DNA from: Paragordius varius
Taxonomy: Eukaryota > Animalia > Nematomorpha
Length of the DNA stretch: 64,000 nt
Direction of reading: 5' to 3'
NCBI GenBank assembly: GCA_964247055.1
Contig: OZ176051.1
Span: 10,230,001 to 10,294,000, forward strand
Under the pieces are notes generated by a model. That model was not told the origin of the DNA and did no database searches. It was given only the letters and a program-made list of their open reading frames with translations. Made by a program: the position numbers and the translations under genes. Shown here in pieces: positions 23,469 to 34,875 of this stretch (its first letter is position 1; every line of letters starts with the position of its first letter).

Positions 23469-26141
23469 TTACAATAGAAAAAAATGTGTTTCATAAAATT
23501 TCAAAAGTGAATTCCATTGCACAGCCAAGACTCCCAAATCATTCGAGAAAAAAGTACTAAACATGATTTTATTTAAACTCGGTTGAGGCGAAATTGTTTT
23601 TTTGGATAATGTAGATGTTGAATTGATCCCATAATTTATTGTACTATTTTTAAATTCATTATGATTTGGCACAGATTTATTTGAGGTTGCTGGAGACCAT
23701 GTATAATTTATAAAAAAGCTGTCAAACGAAAAGCGAGAATTCAATCGCCGCAATACAACACCAGAATAATTTGCAACGGTACCAGTCACATATGCATCAT
23801 CGATCCAAAAATAAGGAAGACGTGGAGCATGCAAAAAGAGTTTTGTTGCGGCGGGGACTGTAATTAGCAAAGCCCAACCAGAACAATATGGTGTGTAAAA
23901 ATCAGCTGGGTACTCGTCCTTAGAAACGTACCATTTTGATCCCACGTCTCGTATGACAGGCGCCTCGGGCCAAACATTGCACAAAATTACTTGTTCCATG
24001 TAATCTTGTGGCATGGTGTCATTGCCTGTTAGATGGAAACCGTTATGTATGTTGGGCGAGGGATTAGGTATTTCATATAAATAGTTCGCTTTTTCCCCAT
24101 ACAATGTGGTGATGGTTTGATTGAGAAGTTTGCATGCATCACATGGTGTTTTGTTAGTTTCGCTTTCTGTACTGATATATGTCAAAGCCAATGGGGGATT
24201 CTCTATTGGATATTTGTCAGAAACGCACCCATAAAATGTTCTGTTACGTGTAAAATGTTGGGCGGCAACGTATAGAAACGGCTGAATACTATCATCAACC
24301 CATTCTCCATCCTCTGGTAAAAAGCCTCTTATAAGCCCATCCTTAGTGTTTTGGATGTTCATATTGTTGGCCGTAAAGATTTTAGCTTGTTCTATCACAT
24401 CACGCATATTTTTTGGAGTTATGCGAGTAAACTCTTCGCATGTTTGTTGATTTTTAACGAGATTGGTATAAAGTTGTGACATAGCCTTGTACTTGTTTAG
24501 TATGGTAAACACTGTAAAAATTTCAACAAATATATCATCATCCATCTTAAGGACATAGTCTGCATGAGGACACTGTTCTGTTATCCACTTAAAACCCATA
24601 ATCATTTTATACGTTAAGTTTTTGTAGGAATCAATAAAATCACCCTGGACTATATCCCCATACTGGAGAGATTCGGTTTCTAACAATCTTTGATTCATTT
24701 TATTGATGGATTCATCATTTTGATAAACCTTGTAGTTAAATGTAGCCGGTAATCGAGTAGTTGAAACATTTGCAAATATCGAATCGGAAGTCTTTGTTGT
24801 ATTATTGGCCCTGCCATAGTAATTTAAATTAATGCGTTGGCCTATACGAATGGCCTGAAACAAAGGAGAATACGGTTCTGTCGTAGATCGGTAAGACTTA
24901 ACATCTGGGACGTACTCTTCACCCTCTATGAGCATGCGAGCTGTTAGAAAAACTAGCCTTACATTCATATCCATGAAAGTCATATTCCCAATCAAGATTG
25001 CAAATAAGGAGCGTAACGTGTGACTTTTGGCAATATTTTCATTTTCTAGACCTAATGACTCCAGGCTCGGATAATTAAAGGAAGGCACTGTCTTTTGATG
25101 TCCTAAATACTTAACAGAACCCCATGTTTGACGAATCATTTTGCGTTGCAAAAAGTTTTTAGGTGCCGAATGAATTAACACAACAAGATTGAGACGTTTG
25201 TTATCATTATAATTATTATTGGCATTCGTGTTATCTGCAGCTGTAATATCTTCAGTTAAATCTTTTTTGAGCCTATTGGCAACCGAATTCGTTAGCGTCT
25301 GAGGTATGGCGGCTTTTCTTCTTAAATTTATTTCGTTATTATTCTGTTTGTGCCGAAAATATTTGTTCCTCAACGATAATAATTTAATATCCTTATCACA
25401 TTCGGGGTATCGAACATTAATCAGGTAGCGAAAAGTGGGAAGATTAATAACGGGGTAATCGAGACTTATGGATTGAAGTAACTTTGGGCCAAATTTAGCA
25501 TGATCAGAACTATTGTTGCGTGAATATATATAATTGAGTAGTTGATAATTCCTTTTTATTGCACTTATGTTGACCGGTTGACCATATACAAAACAAATGT
25601 TATCAATATTTTCAGGATCCATGAATGTCTCTTGATTCCTATATTTATTGCAATTTACATACTTACCCGCTTTAATGTTGTGAATTGAGTAAGGTAAGGT
25701 AAATAAACTTAAAAATTGTAAAATCCGTTCCATAAAAGATCGTTGTTGAGTTTTTTCAATAATTGTTGATCGTGGTGTTACAGAATTGATCTTTTCCCCA
25801 AACATATCCGGTGGCCAATCAGTTTTATTTTGATTATCTCCGTGATTACTTTGGGTGCCACCCAGTTCAATAATGTTTTTTGTTTTATACCAAATATATC
25901 GGTTATAAATGGCCGAATGATTATAGTCTTCTTGAGTAAGGCTTGGAAGTATAGACACCCGACTAATATCATTAATCCGTCTATCTTTATTATCGGTTGG
26001 TAGGAATAAATTCGAATCATACACCAGATATATGATGGTTATGGATATAAGGAAACATGTCAAAAATAATTTGTTCTTTTTTTCAGCTAAAACATTTTGC
26101 AGAGTGGTTATAGAATTCCAAAGAACCTTTAACAAACCCAT
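23469..26141 (-). CDS. GT31 family beta-1,3-galactosyltransferase-like type II membrane protein, 890 aa, single coding exon (paralog 2)
   Basis: Same TM anchor and GT31 motifs as 2699-5431 (IHSAPKNF..R..IRQTWG, YGDIVQGDFIDSYKNLTYK, KMDDDIFV, YCSGWA, FWIDDAYVTG). Its central block is nearly identical to paralog 1. Confidence 0.93.
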   Translation of the reverse strand: MGLLKVLWNSITTLQNVLAEKKNKLFLTCFLISITIIYLVYDSNLFLPTDNKDRRINDISRVSILPSLTQEDYNHSAIYNRYIWYKTKNIIELGGTQSNHGDNQNKTDWPPDMFGEKINSVTPRSTIIEKTQQRSFMERILQFLSLFTLPYSIHNIKAGKYVNCNKYRNQETFMDPENIDNICFVYGQPVNISAIKRNYQLLNYIYSRNNSSDHAKFGPKLLQSISLDYPVINLPTFRYLINVRYPECDKDIKLLSLRNKYFRHKQNNNEINLRRKAAIPQTLTNSVANRLKKDLTEDITAADNTNANNNYNDNKRLNLVVLIHSAPKNFLQRKMIRQTWGSVKYLGHQKTVPSFNYPSLESLGLENENIAKSHTLRSLFAILIGNMTFMDMNVRLVFLTARMLIEGEEYVPDVKSYRSTTEPYSPLFQAIRIGQRINLNYYGRANNTTKTSDSIFANVSTTRLPATFNYKVYQNDESINKMNQRLLETESLQYGDIVQGDFIDSYKNLTYKMIMGFKWITEQCPHADYVLKMDDDIFVEIFTVFTILNKYKAMSQLYTNLVKNQQTCEEFTRITPKNMRDVIEQAKIFTANNMNIQNTKDGLIRGFLPEDGEWVDDSIQPFLYVAAQHFTRNRTFYGCVSDKYPIENPPLALTYISTESETNKTPCDACKLLNQTITTLYGEKANYLYEIPNPSPNIHNGFHLTGNDTMPQDYMEQVILCNVWPEAPVIRDVGSKWYVSKDEYPADFYTPYCSGWALLITVPAATKLFLHAPRLPYFWIDDAYVTGTVANYSGVVLRRLNSRFSFDSFFINYTWSPATSNKSVPNHNEFKNSTINYGINSTSTLSKKTISPQPSLNKIMFSTFFSNDLGVLAVQWNSLLKFYETHFFLL

Positions 26142-26767
26142 TATAATAGGTGTAATTATTACGAATTACTCGACATCTCTCTCATCTAGAAAGAAAAATG
26201 ATTATATAATATATATGACATTATTTTCATCCCTAACAAATTTCCAAAAACAATATCAGCCATCATACCTAACACATCATCAGCAAATAAAAACAACAAC
26301 AGTAATAACCTCAAGATACAGCCTACATAACAAGAAATATGAACCAGATACGATATCGGAAACTAAGTCTTCGAATGTGATTTTTTCTCAAACAAGGGCA
26401 ATATAAAAAGTGCATCTGCTTGTATTGGATAACTTAGGTTTACCTATAACCATATAACACCAATTAAATATTTCATTAGTACAATAAAACCAAGTAACAA
26501 CAGAACTGGAACAGAATGAAAAAATTGTAAAACGTGTATTTCATCATTCAAAACCTTAATAATGTTTCAGTTAGCGTTTTTATTTTCCCATCGTACGTTT
26601 TTTTTGATATGGTAATGGCCCTATCACATTTGTGGCAGATAATCCTTCCGTGTTTACACATTCGTTTTATATCAAACTTATGGTTCACTTTGCAAAAAAA
26701 CTCATAGATTATGTAAGAACTAAAAAGTATCAAGCAAAATTAAACTCATTATCCAGTTCCTCTAGAT

Positions 26768-29357
26768 CAGTGGTCAACCGGGGGGCAACGCTCCCCTACA
26801 GCGGCATAGAAAAATTTAAAATCCAAGGGGGCGCGAAAAATTCGAAGAATATAATTAAAAAATAAAACCAGAATTGAAGGATTTCAAGTGCAAATTATCA
26901 AGATTTGTCACCGATATGAAAAATATTTCAAAGATTGAAAATACAAGGATCTTATTGATTAAGAATCTATATATTTATAAAGCTGGCTTTGTGATCTGTT
27001 TCCGGAGAACCGGTATACCCATTCAAATCCAAATGTCAAAAAAATATAATCATTAATAAATGCCCTAACAATAGCTTGGCCCTTTTTTGAATTAGGCTCT
27101 CAGTTCGGGCCCACCCCGTGTAAAAAAACCGGTTTATTGAAAACAGAAGTCCACAAAAATCGTGTCTTTGAGACAATTTTCCGGAAAACGTGTTGGACCA
27201 TTCGATTTAAAATATGATTTTTTTTACTTATTTTCGATTGCGCCGAACATAATTGGGTCACTTTTTTAATGTAGACTCTTTTTACCCGCTCCCCCCGTAA
27301 AATGCCATTTTTTCAAAAAAAACTAAGCCCACAAAAATAATTTTTATATCTATCTTTCGCCCAAGGTATGAGACCGTAAAAATTCAACGAGTTTTCCAGG
27401 TATTCCCAGTTAAAGGCAAACATTTTAGTTGTGCGTTTTTATATTGGCTGCTGGTAAGGAGAGACCCGCCAAAAACTGCCCCGTCATATCAAAATAGCAT
27501 GCTTCTGGGGCTAAATTTCAGATATCAGGCCTTATAAGTTCTATAGGTGCTTAAAATATTACCCGTAACAAGGCAAACATTTAGGTGCGGTTTTTTAAAA
27601 TTAGCCGTTAATTAGGCTTTGAGGCAATTTTTCCAAAAACTAATGAGAGCATATGGAATCAATTATGTTTCCAGGTATTCTCCGAAAAAACGAAAAATTT
27701 TTAATCAAGCGCTTTTTTGTATCAGCCACTGGGTAGGGAGTTACTCGTCTAAAACTGCGCCACCATATCGAAATTGCGTCGTTTAGGAGTTAATTTCAAC
27801 GCTTATCAGGCCACATAATTTTATAAGGGCCTGAAATATTACCCGTAAAAAGGCAAAAATTTAAGTCGAGCGGCTTTTTTAAATTAGCCGTTAATTAGGC
27901 CCTTTACGCCCTAAAAATGGGCCCATTCTTCCAAAACTATAAAGAACATATGGAATAAAGATGATTCCAGGTATTCCCCCTATAAAGGCAATTTTTTTTA
28001 TCGAACGTCTTTTTTATATTGGTGTCTGGGTAGGGGGCTACCCGCCAACACCTGCGCCACCCTATCGATAAAACGTGACGTTAGAGGCAAATTTTAGAAA
28101 ATTTATCAAGCCATAAAATTTAATAAGGGCTTGAAATATTACCTGTAAAAAAGAAAAAAATTTAAGTAGAGCGGTTTTATCAAATTACCCCTTAATAAGG
28201 CCCTTGCCCTGAAAAAGGCGCCGCCATAGAATGACTTTTTGGTTTTAGGCAATTTTTCGAAAATCCTACGAGAGCATATGGAATCAATCATTCCAGGTAA
28301 TAACCGAATAGATTTTGATAGATCGCTTTTTGTTTCGCCCCTGGTTAGGGGGCTACCCGCGTAAAGATGCATCACCATATCGATACAGCATGCCTTTGAA
28401 GTCAAATTTCATAAAACCTATGAGTCTAATAACATATGTAATCCATGATAATTACAGATATTCCCCATATAAAAATTTGCCCAACGTTTTTTATACCTGC
28501 TCCTGGGTAAGGAGCTACCCGCCAAAAACTGCGCCACTATATAGAAATTTTGTTTCGGAGCTAATTTTTAAAAAAATTTATTAAGCCATATGAACTCATT
28601 AAAAGTTTGAAAAATTACCCGTAACTAGGTAAAATTAAGGTTAGGCTTATTTTTATTAGCCATTAATTTGGGGCCTTTATGCCTTAAAATACGCCATCCT
28701 ATAACGATTATTTAGTGTTGAGATATTTTTTCGAATAACCCATGACATGATGGTATCAAAGATGATTCCAAATATTTTCCCTATAAAAGCAAAGAATTTA
28801 ACTCACCGCTTTTTCCATGGCGTGGTTTTGGAGCTAATTTTCAAATCTCTTAAGAAGCCATACAAGTTCAATTAAGACATTTCTGGGAAATTTGTATTAA
28901 TATCATTCTTTCCTTAAAAAGGGACCACAAAGGATTTACTTTTTATATCCCTGATCCCAGCTGTGTGAACATAATTTCAAAATAAAACTTTTAACCATGA
29001 TTTCGTAAAACGAAAATCTTAAAATAAATCCAATACTAGTTGAATATTAACCTTAATAAAGGAAAGTTTAAATATGGTCGATTTCGATTAAACAATATTT
29101 GAGCCTATGCAAAAACCCGTAAAAGAATAATTAAAGACATTCTTTTAAAAATGTTTTTATTAATTTTTATCTCCATTATTTATTGCAAATTGTTAAAAAT
29201 AATGATCGGTAAGACTACTTCACAGCGAAGCGTGACAGGGCCAGCTAGTATAATATTAAAATAATTTTACATTTTTATCTTAGATTTTTTTCAGAAGAAG
29301 GCGCAAGAATTTTTATTTTCAATTTGGTGGGGCGTGAACAAAAATTGGGAACCACTG
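26768..29357 (+). mobile_element. hAT-type MITE (~0.3 kb) split by a Helitron insertion
   Basis: Ends CAGTGGTC... and ...GGGAACCACTG; flanks CTCTAGAT / CTTTAGAG (6/8 match). The halves 26768-26965 and 29249-29357 join to match the uninterrupted copy at 63349-63610. Confidence 0.8.
26966..29248 (+). mobile_element. Non-autonomous Helitron (~2.28 kb) with internal tandem repeats
   Basis: A|TCTATATATTTATAAAGCTGGCTTTGTGATCTG 5' end; 3' GCGAAGCGTGACAGGGCCAGCTAG|T; inserted in an AT dinucleotide with no TSD. The repeat marker TTACC(C/T)GTAA recurs at 27559, 27839, 28139 and 28615. Confidence 0.9.
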
Positions 29358-29691
29358 CTTTAGAGGAATAAAAATTGGTTGATAGTAATCAGTTTTTATT
29401 TTAATTATCAATATTATTTTTCATTTGCCCGAAAACTGATATGGATAATTTATCCTTATTTGATTTTCACCAAGGTAAAAAAATTATTTGTTTGAGACTG
29501 ATTGTTTTTGATTGTGCGAGATTTAGCCTACACAGACAAGTTCATTTTCAGATAGTTATGAGATTTACATTTAAGGAAATAAATTTGCAAAGCCTACTAA
29601 AAATATGTTTTCCATCAAATAAATATTCAACAAGTTTTGGCAACAAATTATTAACCTTGTTAAACTGCTAAATTATATGATATTTATCTAA

Positions 29692-30805
29692 CCAGGTGTA
29701 ACTATAAGTCATTAACGGTTTATGTGAGCGAAGGCTTCGGCGAAAAGTATGCAGACGATTAATTTGATACAGACCCCATTTTGTTAATCTGACAATAAGG
29801 ACAATCACAAGTGAATATATTTGGCCAAAAGATAAAGTTGGTAAATGTTGATCCTGAAATAGAAAATTTGGGCATGTACTTTTGTTCCATCAGAAGGATT
29901 TTTTTATATTATTTGCACATATACCATGCTCTATTAATCAAGACATGTATTTTTAAATTTATTGATATTTCAATGAAGGGTTTTCTGATAGATCTGAGGG
30001 CAAATACGATAGATGGTAAAAAATATGGGAGAATAACTCAAATAAACTGAACGACAATCGGAAGAACAATATAACTATTATAAAAAACAAAATACGTCTA
30101 CGGGCAATGGGATTGACTCGGAAAATGCCTACATAATTTAAATGTTTAAAATCGCAAAATGACTTGTGAAACTCTGTTTCAACTTGAAGAAAAGAAATTA
30201 TTTTTGCATTGGATTGTGACGAGTGATGGGAAATCGCTTTATTTATCCAAAGCTGAAAAGTTCGTTGCTTTTACCTTTCGGTTCATCAATACCAAGGCCA
30301 ATTAGCATAGTGTAGGAAGATTATGCCCTTTTCTGGTGGTTCCTAAGTGTTCTTTCAAAACTTTCAAAGCCCGGTTAAACCTTTAATATAGAACGTGTTA
30401 GCCAACAAACGATTAATTTAAACGATGGATCAATCGAAAACGACCAGAATGGACTAGAAGACATGGTATTACTTTGCTACATAACTATGCTCTTCATACA
30501 TCAAAATCTGTAAAAGACACCTAATAGCTTTGATGGTAAATTCTTGCGCTTCCATCCTACTTTTGCTGATCGGGGTAAATATTCGCATTAATGGGGCACA
30601 CCTTGCAGAGCAGCACTTCAACGTTTTTAAATAGCTTAACGAATGGTTTATGGCAAAATATTATCAGATTGGTATGGCATTTATATTTTGAAAATTGGGC
30701 GAAATAAAAAGCCATTTATATAAGAAATAAAATAATTAATTAATTTTTTTACAAAATTTCGTGATTCCTTACCAAAAAACCAGTAAGACTTATTACTACA
30801 CTTGG
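29692..30805 (+). mobile_element. Degraded mariner (Tc1/mariner) element, ~1.1 kb
   Basis: TIRs CCAGGTGTAACTATAAGT... and ...ACTTATTACTACACTTGG|TA resemble Mos1-type CCAGGTGT ends. Transposase remnants FLHWIVTSDGKSLY (cf. FL.RIVTGDEKW) near 30200 and decayed HDNA..H / HPPYSPDL-like segments near 30470-30570. Confidence 0.75.
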
Positions 30806-33800
30806 TATAATTTAGATTGAACCATAAGTGCTAGGTAAAATACTTCCAAACCGATGGTGGCCCCTAAACTTATAAAAAATATTTTGAATTAGGTTTAAAC
30901 CGCACATAACCGAACAGTTTACTATTACTCTACTTGTTTTTAGAAAGATTGTTAGTGGGAAAAAAACTTAGATCAACGGCTTTTGGTTAATAATGATTTA
31001 AATTATCACTCATCAAAGTTCTTACAAAATAAGGTATACTTAATTAAATTAAAACAATACCAGCAATAAAGCAGTGTATCTTATAATAGATGCCAAACAT
31101 ATATGGTCATAGCCAATTTTTTTGAATCGTATCAATATATATATATATATATATATAATTCATATTAATTTTGTTTCAATTAGATTATACCTTAATTTAT
31201 TTTATGTTATTAGTTTTTAGATTTTCCTTTTTCCCATTTGAAAAAATTGAATAAATTTTAAAAGGATGAGCTTTTAAACTACTGGAAATTTTTTTTCAAA
31301 GTTCTTGGACATGATATGACCCTTAATTTGACAAAAGTCCTTATTGTGATGCATGTACAATAGCAGCGACTGCATCATTAATGTCAAACAAATATTTTGC
31401 AATAAATAGATTTTTATAAACCCCTAATATAAACGAAAATTTTTAGATAAAAATGGTTAAAAATTAGGTTTTTCATAAAATAAGTAAAAGCAAAAAACCT
31501 TTGAAGTAAAAAGGAATGAGATATATGTGTATGGTTCCGCCACAAAATTATATCATATTCATCAGTTGTCATGTTTCAAAGTACAGAAATATTAAATTAA
31601 TTAATTAGTCGGGAATTTGGAATATTGCAAATCTTTATATAGCATTGTACCATGAAGTAGTAAATAGTTTAAATAAAAATGAAAACAGGTCAGCTTTAAG
31701 TGTAATTAATAAAATATATGTTTTTAGTCTAATTAGTTTTTTATCCAAATTTTACAAGAAAGGAATGATAATATTATCAGTTTTGAATTATAGCAGCTCT
31801 AATAATTAAATTAGAATATAACAATAAAATTTGGCAATGAAAGTTAAGCCTTTTTTAAACCTATATTTTTAACTCAAATTTAAATGATGAAGATATATAA
31901 TTATAGGTGCCAAATGTATAAAGGACAAAAATTAGACATATACTCTAATATTGAGCTTTTTTAAGAACAAAATTTATTAGAGAGCTTACATTTCTAAGAG
32001 GGTATCAAATTAAATTATATGCAAGACCTCCCTCTTTTATTAAGATTGTACTGGCTCATTCTTAAATAAACCCTTGGTGGTAATTATATGATTGTTTATG
32101 GACACATATATTGAATTATATAAATAATTACATCTATTATCTATTATTAGTATGTTAAATTTGGGGATCCCTCCAGTACATTTAAGAGAATCGAATCGAT
32201 GATAGAATATTTCAAAAAATTAATCAAACGGATAAGAAAAATAATCTTAAGAACTAAAAAAACAGTTACTATCAGTTTAGGTAAAAAAAATTTCCGTTAA
32301 CAAATCGCTCAAAACTTTATAATAAAATTCGACCTAAATATATGTAATCAAGTAACATAACACTTGTCAGTATCTTTTATGGTATTTCCAAAAAGATAAA
32401 CAAAGATTTTTCTACATACCCGTTACCATAAAGAAATAAAAGATTGGTCCTACGGGATTATTGAGCAGATGACATTGCGCTGATAATTCTTAATTTAATG
32501 AACAACATGATACAAGTCAAAGAAGAAGGTATAAATCTCAATGAGACAAACTGTTATTAAATAATTTGCAGTTAGTCCATTAATTTTTATCGAAATTAAA
32601 TTATATACTTTTTATATTTATTTGTTTATCATTATATCAGTATTTTATAGTTGATTATAATTCTGTGTAAGGATTGGTGCGATATTCGATATTCGTCACA
32701 ATATAGAAATTTTAGGTTGTTTGACATATAAAAATGTAATGATAAAATTAGTCATAATAACAAAAAATATATCATCCAAAACGTTCTTTTATGATAATGT
32801 GCAGTAAAAAATAAGATTTTATATTGTCTCCCTTCCATAATGTAAAGTTTTTATTTCAATTTTACCCTAAGACTAAAAGATGGCCAAAAAATTATATGAT
32901 TGATACAAAATTGTTAGCTACGTGGAAGGGCCAAAAATCTTTTGATGTAAAATAACCATTTTGATAGATAATATATCAAAATTATGGTGCTTTTGGTTTG
33001 GGGCCTTCCCAGTTATGTTATTACCACTTTTGTTTGCTCATTATAAAAAAGTTGCATAATTTGGCCCCATTATATCAAATAATTGTTTTCGAGTCTAGAG
33101 GCTTCCCTCCAAAAATTATCAATAAAATTATATAAACTATTATATATATATATATATATATATAATAATTTGAATTTAGCTTTAAAAAGTCAAAAAGAAG
33201 ATACCACTAAAATGGGCTGAGGTTGCGCGATTGTTTACAAATAGTAATCTGATATATATGCATTAGGAAAATGTAAAGGCATATGATGTGCTGATTCATT
33301 ACCTTTAATGATACTTCATATCAGAAAATGGCAAATTTTGCGCACATTTTTAACACTTTATTATATATTCATTTTTTTGAACATGATGACATCTTATATT
33401 GTTTATCTACAGAAGAGCGTAAACAGCCAACTGTTTTAAAAGTTGTTAAAATAAAATTTAATTATTAAATTCTTTATCCTACATAGAAGAACCGATAGCT
33501 TTTACAGTTTACTAACTTCTAAGTCTGAAATTCAGTTAGCCAAAAAAGACTGAAGCAAACAGCTTATATTTAAATCTATATAAATTTTTTTAAGATTTAG
33601 GTGGACAAGGCTAATATTCACATTTTATATTAGCGACTAAAAATTTAAAAAGAATATAGTGGCCTAAAAATTGCATTTTTGTATTTGGCCTAATAATAAA
33701 AAAAATTTTCAAATTCACTATGAATCTGTAAACTACCCCAAAATATTATGTAGTGATAAAATTTTTTTTTAACTATGCTTCTTTCCAATAATATTAGTAG

Positions 33801-34875
33801 AATATATCACAAACTATAAAAAGCAAAATATTTTATAAATTTTTTTATATGTTGGCACCGAATAAAGGCGGAAGGTCCCAGATTTAGCGACTTTATTTAT
33901 ATGATAAATTTTGACTTCAAAAAGGGTTTTTTCCGAATAGATATTTTGCATATAATATAGAAATAATTTTGATGGCGCATTTATGGTATTTTGAAGCACT
34001 ATGAAAACGGAAAGTTAATATATAAAACACATTTTCTATGTAATTGATAATGCTAAACATTTCTATCATAAAAATTCGTTTGCCAATTTCCATTTAACCA
34101 TTTGTATTTAAGATAATTGTGAAAAACAAAAATGTTTAAAAATTCTAAAATGTTTAACATGTTTTGCGCAATAGAATTATAAAGTTTTTCTATAGTATCT
34201 TAATACCGTTTGCATCATGCCCAAAGGAGTGTGTAAGCTCTAACTAAATTGTTTTTTAGCATTGTAAAAAATAAATATAAGGGATGATTTAACCTTAAAA
34301 AATTGTTAGTGAAAGCATATACATTATTTTATACTTAATTAAATTTTCATTTTTTTGTACGCATACCCCACAACTTATAGTAGTAAATAAACTAGTTGTT
34401 TGCTAAATATTAAATTGTTAATTCCTCTTCTTCTGCACGATAAAAGGAATTACAGTATGTTATCCCCTACAGTACCGAATTCAATCCGAAAAGGATTCAA
34501 ACGAAGAGCTGATATTATGATGGATGAATATCAAAATTGTTGGTTAATAATTGGATGAAGGCTTTTTATAATGTACATTATGCCTGTTTTTTAATTTATA
34601 TTAGATTAAGAAAAAATGGCTACGAAAAATTTTGAGACAAATATAATTAATTTTTTAGAATTACTGTATCATGCGATTATAAAGGCTAAAAAGCCATTTT
34701 TATAAATTTGGCTTGATGCCAAATATATTTTTAAAGTCATTAAATTTAAATGACCATGAAGTTTTAACTACATTATGAAATGCTAATTTAATAAAATAAT
34801 TAAATTTTATTTATAAGAATTTTACATTTGGTAAATAACATAAAAATTGGTACATAACATCATGCGTTTTTTGAG

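Noticed and set aside
2699-26141. Intronless GT31 genes among intron-rich neighbours as evidence of retroposition or horizontal transfer
   Set aside because: Many animal GT31 genes (B3GALT-type, brainiac) natively have a single coding exon. No poly(A) tail or TSD is visible and composition resembles the host genes.
31136-33165. (TA)n runs near 31140 and 33145
   Set aside because: Ordinary microsatellites in an AT-rich genome.
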